A stretch of 64,000 nt of DNA from a virus. Location: IMG/VR virus record IMGVR_UViG_3300045988_154566, positions 6,167-70,166 of that record, one strand, 5' to 3'. The position numbers were made by a program, and so were the translations under genes. Positions 57,172-64,000 of this stretch are shown here, in pieces (the first letter of the stretch is position 1; the number at the start of each line of letters is the position of its first letter). Below the pieces are notes generated by a model, which saw only the letters and a list, made by a program, of their open reading frames with translations, was not told where the DNA came from and did no database searches.

Positions 57172-57732
57172 ATGAATAACTTAAAAAGTATGAAAGAGCA
57201 ATTAACCAGTGTTGTCCAAGCACAAATGGGAAATATGCAAAATGTAAGTGCTAAAGAGTTAGGCGAAGCTGTTGATATGATAAAGGACCTCTCTGAAGCT
57301 ATTTACTATTGTACAATTACAGAAGCTATGGAAGCAAAAGAAAAGGAAGAACATGAATATGGTAATGTTCATTATTATACAGACAAAAGGTATCCAGATT
57401 ACTACAGAGATGTAGATAGAGAATACGGAAGAATGTATTATGATGATAAACCTGGTGCAGGAACTGGATATACTGGTACACGAATGATGTATACAGAACA
57501 AATTCCAAAGACAATGATGCGTGATTCTAGAGAAGGTAGAAGTGGTATGAGCCGCCGCATGTATATGGAATCTAAAGAAATGCACAAAGATAGTGCTACC
57601 CAAATGCATGAGTTAGATAATTATATTAAAGAATTAGGTAGTGATATCACAGAAATGATAAAAGATTCTACTCCAGAAGAAAAACAAGTTCTCCAACAGA
57701 AAATAGCTAATTTAGCTGCAAAGATAAAATAA
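57172..57732 (+). CDS. Tyr/Arg/Met-rich hypothetical protein
   Basis: AAGGAG ribosome-binding site. Central region HYYTDKRYPDYYRDVDREYGRMYYDDKPGAGTGYTGTRMMY. Confidence 0.45.
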   Translation: MNNLKSMKEQLTSVVQAQMGNMQNVSAKELGEAVDMIKDLSEAIYYCTITEAMEAKEKEEHEYGNVHYYTDKRYPDYYRDVDREYGRMYYDDKPGAGTGYTGTRMMYTEQIPKTMMRDSREGRSGMSRRMYMESKEMHKDSATQMHELDNYIKELGSDITEMIKDSTPEEKQVLQQKIANLAAKIK

Positions 57733-58049
57733 TGAAAATAAATGGTATTGATTGGAGGGTTTACTTTGTTGAAAAAGATAATGAAAAATTACAAAGAAGC
57801 GATGGCTCATATACCCTCGGTTCATGCGATAATAATACTAATATTATTTATCTTAGAGAGGATTTGTATGGAAGGTCATTGAAGAAAGTCTTATGTCATG
57901 AGTTAGCGCATGCGGCAATGTTTTCGTATCAAATTAATTTGACATTAGACCAAGAAGAACTAATTGCAGATTTTATTGCAACCTATGGAGAAGAAATTAT
58001 TGATATTACAAATTTTCTTTTTAATAAGTTAAAGGAGAGGTCTTATTGA
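57732..58049 (+). CDS. small HExxH zinc-metallopeptidase-like protein
   Basis: LCHELAHAAM motif. ATGA overlap with the upstream gene. Confidence 0.45.
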   Translation: MKINGIDWRVYFVEKDNEKLQRSDGSYTLGSCDNNTNIIYLREDLYGRSLKKVLCHELAHAAMFSYQINLTLDQEELIADFIATYGEEIIDITNFLFNKLKERSY

Positions 58050-58066
58050 CCTCTCCTATTTTTTTT
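58033..58066. terminator. bidirectional terminator between convergent modules
   Basis: Hairpin AGGAGAGGTCttattGACCTCTCCT followed by T8. Lies between the plus-strand 58049 stop and the minus-strand 58070 stop. Confidence 0.7.
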
Positions 58067-58069
58067 GTC

Positions 58070-58594
58070 TTAAAAAGCAGACTTAGTAGGTATACTATTA
58101 GCCTTAACTTTCTGAGCACTTGTAGTTCCATTTTTTAAATAAGCATCTAAAATACAGATAGCATCTGCTTCATCATCATTAACTGTTTTATTATAATTAT
58201 TCTTTACATATGCTATATCTGCCGCTTTTAACTTATCTCTTGTAACTCCACGTCCAGTATGAATACCAATAGCACTTCTCCAGGAATTTGGTAATATTGT
58301 TTCAATTTTTATATTCTTATTATATTCCCAGACCGCAACTCTTAAGCATCCTTGTAACCAATTTAATTTTTGATTAACTGTTGAATTGTGCGTATACTCT
58401 GCATGAACCTCTTCTATTACTATTGTATCTATATCATATTTTTTTATAAGTTTTAGTATTTCATCTCGCATATATGCGATTCTTTTTTCTATTGATGTAC
58501 TTGCGGAAGCTATGCATCCTGATTCTCTTGTTTCTCCATTTTTAATACTCCAACCTGTTGATTTAGTACTGGCATCTAATGCTAATATATTCAT
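58070..58594 (-). CDS. ruvC: RuvC-family Holliday junction resolvase
   Basis: MNILALDASTKSTGWSI N-terminal catalytic Asp motif. Acidic residues DTIVIEEVH and DEADAICILDAY. Confidence 0.7.
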   Translation of the reverse strand: MNILALDASTKSTGWSIKNGETRESGCIASASTSIEKRIAYMRDEILKLIKKYDIDTIVIEEVHAEYTHNSTVNQKLNWLQGCLRVAVWEYNKNIKIETILPNSWRSAIGIHTGRGVTRDKLKAADIAYVKNNYNKTVNDDEADAICILDAYLKNGTTSAQKVKANSIPTKSAF

Positions 58595-58767
58595 TGTCTT
58601 TTTCTCCTATCTAAAATTTGATTTAAAAAAATCCAAAACCTAATTTTGTCTTCTATTTACGAGTGTCTACAGCCTGAGCAGACTTTTTCTCTTACATTTA
58701 GTATACCAAATTTTTTCTTTAGAGTCAATGAGTCTAATGTAGAAAATAAAAAAAAATGGAGAGTGAA

Positions 58768-59019
58768 TTAACACTCTCCATCAAACATGCAAATAAAATT
58801 TTTATGTTCTCTATTACAATACTCTTTCATCAGTCTATTATGATAATATTCTAAGTCTTTAAAAGTAATAAACTTATTTCCAACATTATCACACATATCA
58901 TTGGCAACGATTTTCTCTGCTGTTATTACTCCAGTTTTTAAATTATTTGCATCAATAGTAGTTGAAATATTACTTATTTCCGGAAGAACCAAAACCGCCA
59001 TCTCCTCTATCTGTCTCAC
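58768..59019 (-). CDS. hypothetical protein (its 5' end overlaps the dUTPase gene; true start uncertain)
   Basis: ORF track only. Confidence 0.3.
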   Translation of the reverse strand: MRQIEEMAVLVLPEISNISTTIDANNLKTGVITAEKIVANDMCDNVGNKFITFKDLEYYHNRLMKEYCNREHKNFICMFDGEC

Positions 59020-59428
59020 TTAAATCACTAACTTCTGTGAACTCCATTGATTGATATGGTAATAAAATCATCTGCGCAATTCTATCTCCAGGCGCGATAA
59101 CTGTATTTCTATTCGAGTCATTATGAATAGCTACAATAACCTCACCTCGGTAGTCACAGTCAACCACGCCTACGCAATTAGCTGGTCTAAGTCCCTGCTT
59201 AGTAGCTAATCCACTTCTAGCAAAAATTCCCGCAAAGAATCCTTCAGGTAACTCAAAGGCTAAACCAGTCCCAATCTTAACAGTTTCTTCAGATTTAATT
59301 GTAATTGGTGTATCAATAGCTGCATAAAGGTCATATCCAGCAGCATACTGCGAACCCTGAGTAGGAATAAGAGCGTCATCCCGCAATTTCTTAACATTAA
59401 CCATAAATGTATTACTTAAAAGACTCAT
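58970..59428 (-). CDS. dut: dUTP diphosphatase (trimeric dUTPase)
   Basis: Motifs AGYDL, RSGL, GVVDCDYRGE, RIAQMIL, RGDGGFGSSG. Confidence 0.9.
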   Translation of the reverse strand: MSLLSNTFMVNVKKLRDDALIPTQGSQYAAGYDLYAAIDTPITIKSEETVKIGTGLAFELPEGFFAGIFARSGLATKQGLRPANCVGVVDCDYRGEVIVAIHNDSNRNTVIAPGDRIAQMILLPYQSMEFTEVSDLSETDRGDGGFGSSGNK

Positions 59429-59721
59429 TAATCTTCATCCTCCTCATCTTCTCTTGTTACTGTTGGAAAACTACCAAATTTTCTTGAATAATCCACTGAA
59501 ATAGTAGAATCTGGCTCTTTTTCTTCCTGGAATACTCTATTAAGAGTAACACGATACCATGACTGAACAACTTCGCCTTTAACTTTCTGTTCTTTATATT
59601 CTGATGAATACTTTGCTAAGATAGAAGTTTTTTCATTCTTAGCTTCTTCAATAAGAGCTTTTGCTTCAGATTCTGAATCTACTCTCCACTGCTCTTGCGT
59701 TTTTATTAAATACTTTGACAT
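59428..59721 (-). CDS. hypothetical protein with acidic C-terminus
   Basis: ATG at 59721 with AAAGGAG ribosome-binding site. The ORF track extends to 59772. Confidence 0.4.
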   Translation of the reverse strand: MSKYLIKTQEQWRVDSESEAKALIEEAKNEKTSILAKYSSEYKEQKVKGEVVQSWYRVTLNRVFQEEKEPDSTISVDYSRKFGSFPTVTREDEEDED

Positions 59722-59735
59722 TTTATTAACTCCTT

Positions 59736-59996
59736 TTATCTCGAAACAATATTTATATTCAAATCTTCGCAATCATACTTAGTAAAGAAATCTTTCTTAT
59801 ATTTTTCAAGATAAGCTGTATTTCCTATTAAGTCTATATTATTTATTGAATATTCTTTACAAAAACCAATTATAGCATCTACTAAAGAGTCAGTAGGCGC
59901 AGATTGTAATTCTACGCCTCTGCCATGTTTATAGATAGCTATTAATTGGTCATAATCTCCTATATTAAACAATACAATTATTTTATCCATTAGCAC
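59736..59996 (-). CDS. hypothetical protein
   Basis: ORF track. Confidence 0.4.
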   Translation of the reverse strand: MLMDKIIVLFNIGDYDQLIAIYKHGRGVELQSAPTDSLVDAIIGFCKEYSINNIDLIGNTAYLEKYKKDFFTKYDCEDLNINIVSR

Positions 59997-60358
59997 TCAA
60001 TTACTCCTTGTGACCAGTCTGCTAAGTAATATACAAAACTATCATTTAACTGCGGATTTTTTATCCATATCTCATAGGCATCGCCTTCAGATTGTTTAAT
60101 AATATCCATAACTTCTCCAAGAGAATGAAGAATTTCTGATAGCTTTAAAGTGATATTATCCCAATCCGCATTTTTACAATTAAACAATGTATAATAATGA
60201 GTTTCATTATTTACAAGTATAAAATATGTCTGCTTATCACTCATATATCCTGAAACTTGATTAAGCTTTTTATTATATTCAATAGGGTCTAAAGGCTGAC
60301 CTTGATTTATAATCTGCTTATTAATCTCATATATAGTTCCTAACTGAACCTTTGCCAT
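59990..60358 (-). CDS. hypothetical protein
   Basis: ORF track. Confidence 0.4.
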   Translation of the reverse strand: MAKVQLGTIYEINKQIINQGQPLDPIEYNKKLNQVSGYMSDKQTYFILVNNETHYYTLFNCKNADWDNITLKLSEILHSLGEVMDIIKQSEGDAYEIWIKNPQLNDSFVYYLADWSQGVIEC

Positions 60359-60409
60359 TCTTTTCTTACCTTTCTTCTTTTTATTAATTATATCATAATT
60401 TTTTAAAAA

Positions 60410-62566
60410 TTACAAATGTAATACTCTATCTCTTATTTCTTCTGTTCTTCCCTGATTCCAGAAATTCGTGCCTATGTAGCCACACGTCCTTCTAGCAACA
60501 TTCATCTTGTTAGTATCTGTATTACCGCAGTTAGGACATCTCCAATAGAGTTTATGATTATCATCTTCCTCAATCATTATTTGTCCTGTGTATCCGCAAC
60601 ATTGACAGTAATCAGATTTAGTATTAATTTCGGCATACATAATATTGCCATAAATAAATTGTAAAACTGATTCAATAGCTTCAATATTATTTTGCATATC
60701 AGGAACTTCGATATAACTAATTGCGCCACCAGGAGAAAGTTTCTGAAATTCTGATTCAAGTTTCAATTTCTTAAAGGCATCTATTTTTTCTCTTACGCAT
60801 ACATGATAAGAATTTGTAATATAATCATGGTCTGTTACATTCTCAATAATACCAAATCTTTTCTTTAAACATTTTGCAAATTTATATGTTGTTGATTCCA
60901 AAGGAGTTCCATATACAGAATAATCTATATCTTCTGCGGCTTTCCATTGTTCACATTTATCATTAAGATACCGCATTACAGATAAAGCAAAACTCTTTCC
61001 TTCTTCTGTTGTATGAGATTTTCCTAGCATTCGATATGTCATTTCATACAATCCTGCATAACCTAAAGATATAGTAGAATAGCCATGATACAATAATTCA
61101 TTAATGTTATCATCCTTACTTAATCTTGCTATTGCACCATGCTGCCATAATATTGGTGCAATTTGAGAAGATGTATTTAATAGCCTATCATGCCTACATT
61201 TTAAAGCTGTATGACATAACTCAAGTCTTTCTTCTAACAATTTCCAAAATTCATCGAAGTCTCCATTAGAAGAACATGCAACATCTACTAAATTAATAGT
61301 AACAACACCTTGATTAAATCTACCATAATATTTACCTTTATTTTTATCATAGTTTAAGGCATTAGCATAATTTTTCTTCATTCTATCAACTGTCAAGAAA
61401 CTGCGGCAACCCATACAAGGATATAAGTCACCTTCTTTAATTTCTTTTTCAATTTTATTAGAAATATAATCTGGAACCATTCTTTTAGCAGTGCATTGAG
61501 CAGCTAAATGTGTTAAGTACCAATATTTACTATCTTTATGAATATTTATATCATCAAGAGCATAGATTAACTTAGGAAAGGCTGGAGTGATATATACACC
61601 CTTTTCATTCTTTACGCCTTGTATTCTTTGTTTTAAAACTTCTTCAATAACAAGAGCCAAATCATCTCTATCTCGTCCTTCTTCGACTTCTACTAAGTTC
61701 ATATAAACAGTAATAAAAGGAGCTTGACCATTTGTAGTCATTAAAGTAACTATCTGATATTGTAAAGTTTGAACGCCCGCGCGAACATCATTTAAAACCA
61801 TTTTTTCAATAGTGTCTTCTGAAAGTTCTGGATAATCTTTTCTAAATTTCTTTCTACTTTCTTCAACAAAAGGAGACAAATGAGCTAAACTTACTGATTG
61901 TCCGCCATATTGAGAACTTGCAACTTGAGCAATTATTTGAGTGGCAATATTACAAGCTGTTGAAAACTTATGAGGTTTATCAATTTTTGTTTTACTTATA
62001 ACAGTTCCATTTTGTAACATATCTTCCAGATTTATTAAACAGCAATTATAAATTCTTTGAATAAAATAATCTGCATCGTGAAAATGTAAAATTCCTTTTT
62101 CATGAGCATCTACAATTTCTTGCGGTAATAAGAATCTTTTAGTTACATCTACTGAAACTTCACCAGCTACATAGTCTCTCTGTGTAGTAGCAAGCATTGC
62201 ATCTTTATTTGAATTTTCATGTAAATAATAATCATTTGAAGAATCTACAATTTCATTAATTGTATCATCTATTGTATTTTTTCTTTTTTTATTTCTTTTT
62301 TCACGAAATAGTATATAGGATTTTGCTACATCTTTTCTTTTTGTTGACATAAGACCTTTTTCAACATAGTCTTGAATCTCCTCTATTGTTAAAGTTTTTT
62401 CTTCTGCAATGTCGCTAATATAGTCTGCAATATTACCGGCTTTTTCAATAGCATAATCATCTACACTACCATTGTCAACATCTTTAAACGCGGCAAGTAC
62501 AGCATCAATAATCTTATTTCTATCAAATTTCTGTACTCTTCCATCTCTTTTTATAATAGTTTTCAT
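60410..62566 (-). CDS. nrdD: anaerobic ribonucleoside-triphosphate reductase (class III RNR, NrdD)
   Basis: N-terminal ATP-cone MKTIIKRDGRVQKF. C-terminal glycyl-radical motif RRTCGYIGT. Zinc site CQCCGY...CPNCG. ATG at 62566 has a GGAGG ribosome-binding site. The ORF track starts 4 codons upstream. Confidence 0.9.
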   Translation of the reverse strand: MKTIIKRDGRVQKFDRNKIIDAVLAAFKDVDNGSVDDYAIEKAGNIADYISDIAEEKTLTIEEIQDYVEKGLMSTKRKDVAKSYILFREKRNKKRKNTIDDTINEIVDSSNDYYLHENSNKDAMLATTQRDYVAGEVSVDVTKRFLLPQEIVDAHEKGILHFHDADYFIQRIYNCCLINLEDMLQNGTVISKTKIDKPHKFSTACNIATQIIAQVASSQYGGQSVSLAHLSPFVEESRKKFRKDYPELSEDTIEKMVLNDVRAGVQTLQYQIVTLMTTNGQAPFITVYMNLVEVEEGRDRDDLALVIEEVLKQRIQGVKNEKGVYITPAFPKLIYALDDINIHKDSKYWYLTHLAAQCTAKRMVPDYISNKIEKEIKEGDLYPCMGCRSFLTVDRMKKNYANALNYDKNKGKYYGRFNQGVVTINLVDVACSSNGDFDEFWKLLEERLELCHTALKCRHDRLLNTSSQIAPILWQHGAIARLSKDDNINELLYHGYSTISLGYAGLYEMTYRMLGKSHTTEEGKSFALSVMRYLNDKCEQWKAAEDIDYSVYGTPLESTTYKFAKCLKKRFGIIENVTDHDYITNSYHVCVREKIDAFKKLKLESEFQKLSPGGAISYIEVPDMQNNIEAIESVLQFIYGNIMYAEINTKSDYCQCCGYTGQIMIEEDDNHKLYWRCPNCGNTDTNKMNVARRTCGYIGTNFWNQGRTEEIRDRVLHL

Positions 62567-62652
62567 TAGAACCTCCATTATTTTTATATTTTTGAGTCTA
62601 TAAGTATATAACTTTTATATGTTAAAAGTTATATACTTTTGACCAATGGAAA

Positions 62653-62925
62653 CTATTCTGTATAACCTAATTTTACATCATCACTTGGTGTTGGAATATT
62701 GCATAGCTCCTTATATTTATTGATATACCAATCTGATTTTCGCATATCTTCTTCTCCATTCTTATAAAGCGCTCTTTTCCTATATTTCCAAGCATTTAAT
62801 TTACAAAAAGATTTAACTTCCTCTTTTCCAAAAATTAAAATCATTTCATCTATACATTCCATAGACCCTTCTCTACAATAATGAGAAGGGTGATTTACAA
62901 CATCATGCTTTTGTGATTCTGACAT
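62653..62925 (-). CDS. DUF3310-family phage protein
   Basis: HPSHY...IE.ID......C..NAWKYRKR motif pattern. Confidence 0.55.
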   Translation of the reverse strand: MSESQKHDVVNHPSHYCREGSMECIDEMILIFGKEEVKSFCKLNAWKYRKRALYKNGEEDMRKSDWYINKYKELCNIPTPSDDVKLGYTE

Positions 62926-62954
62926 TTTTATCTCCTTTAATCATAATATTCTTC

Positions 62955-63641
62955 TTATGGTTGGATATCTTTCCACCGTTGATTATACCAGATACCATCG
63001 AAGCTACTTATAGAACTAAAATACTCTTTATATTTTAGATATCCTTCTTTTCGAGATAGCCCATCTTTTTTATCAGTGCGAATTTGTAAGACTAATTTTT
63101 CTGTCATTTTACTATTTTTCCTCTTTGCAGAAACATTTCTTTTTGATATCTTTTTTGCTTTTTCAAGATTATTATAAGTGAAATCTTCAGGTTTTATTTC
63201 TTTATAAGTTGTTCCTTGCCAGATATCTTTAAAAGTTCCTTCTGCTATATAAGAATAATCATTATAAACATCTGAAAAATTTTCGCATTGTAATCTGCGT
63301 TTTCTTATATTTAATACATCTTCATTATTGACTTTTCTCGCCCATGTTCCAAAATTATCTCCACCAATGGTTTCATTATAGCCATCATAATAAGTATTAA
63401 AATATTGAATCCATTTTTGTTCTAAAGAATTAAGCTGTTCTAGTTTACATAATTCAATTATTTCAAATGTGAAATTATCTATTCCATATTCCTTCATAGC
63501 TTTATGAAGGGTGTATTGAGGATTCTTAGCAGCTCTTCGATGGCTCTTCCATCTAGCTTGTATATTTATAGATTGTCCAATATAACTTTTATTATTAATT
63601 ATATTAGTAATTTTATAAATTCCACATAAATCTTTTTTCAT
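62955..63641 (-). CDS. GIY-YIG homing endonuclease (free-standing)
   Basis: GIYKITNIINNKSYIGQSINIQARWKSHRR N-terminal GIY-YIG motif. Basic C-terminal DNA-binding region. Confidence 0.8.
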   Translation of the reverse strand: MKKDLCGIYKITNIINNKSYIGQSINIQARWKSHRRAAKNPQYTLHKAMKEYGIDNFTFEIIELCKLEQLNSLEQKWIQYFNTYYDGYNETIGGDNFGTWARKVNNEDVLNIRKRRLQCENFSDVYNDYSYIAEGTFKDIWQGTTYKEIKPEDFTYNNLEKAKKISKRNVSAKRKNSKMTEKLVLQIRTDKKDGLSRKEGYLKYKEYFSSISSFDGIWYNQRWKDIQP

Positions 63642-63679
63642 TATTGTTATTTACCTTTGTTTTATTAAAATTCTATTAT

Positions 63680-63934
63680 TTAATCATAATACTCCTCTTC
63701 TTCATAAGAATCAAGAGCGCTAAAGCGCTCGTGAGTGATTTGCATTTTATCTCCCATAACATTTGTGATTTTATACAACTGATGTGCATTTGTTGATTTA
63801 TAAGTTTTTCCAACAAAAGTATCTTCTCTTCTAAAACCTGTTATCATTAACATTGTTCCTCTTGTGAACCAACCTTTTTCCATAACGGTTTTAGTTCCAT
63901 CAGGGTTTCTTCTACTAATTTGCTTTTTAAACAT
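63680..63934 (-). CDS. hypothetical protein
   Basis: ORF track. Confidence 0.4.
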   Translation of the reverse strand: MFKKQISRRNPDGTKTVMEKGWFTRGTMLMITGFRREDTFVGKTYKSTNAHQLYKITNVMGDKMQITHERFSALDSYEEEEYYD

Positions 63935-64000
63935 TGCATAATATTCTCTTGTAAATTTTACATTTACAACACCTGTTGTTGTTAATAAAGAAATTGACGA

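Overview
This window is a ~64 kb segment of an AT-rich (about 30% GC by eye) tailed dsDNA phage or prophage, most likely infecting a Firmicutes host. The host call rests on consensus sigma70 TTGACA-17-TATAAT promoters, AGGAGG ribosome-binding sites and U-tract intrinsic terminators. Three blocks are visible. (1) Positions 1-7500 hold small genes read leftward from the minus strand. They sit among reiterated divergent promoter cassettes, TGCACAA-N15-TTGTGCA operator palindromes, conserved hairpins at plus-strand transcript starts, and two arrays of CTAAC-N4-GTTAG palindromes. (2) Positions 7600-58050 hold a rightward late operon punctuated by at least eight intrinsic terminators. It contains a terminase large subunit interrupted by an HNH homing-endonuclease element (probably a group I intron), a portal candidate, a scaffold-like protein with an acidic/lysine-rich linker, a major capsid candidate, and neck proteins. 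It continues with a major tail protein that has a CCC_UAA +1 frameshift adding an Ig-like domain, a 3081-aa TP901-type tape measure protein, a 1812-aa tail protein, baseplate and fiber proteins, a BspA-type leucine-rich-repeat protein, a fiber with about 20 tandem SH[AIV]EG repeats, and fiber paralogs sharing an N-terminal domain. It ends with a four-gene module of Q/P-rich, Gly/Trp/Cys-rich membrane, BclA-C-terminal-domain-like (C1q/TNF) and Tyr/Arg/Met-rich proteins plus an HExxH peptidase-like protein. (3) Positions 58070-64000 hold a leftward DNA-metabolism module: a RuvC-like resolvase, dUTPase, anaerobic ribonucleotide reductase NrdD, a DUF3310 protein and a free-standing GIY-YIG endonuclease. 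No rRNA, tRNA, CRISPR array, integrase or repressor was recognised. The features most likely to be novel are the early-region regulatory architecture (iteron arrays, operators, conserved 5' hairpins, a 32-nt poly(T) tract), the mobile element inside the terminase gene, the giant tape measure protein, the repeat-containing fibers, and the spore-surface-like gene module.
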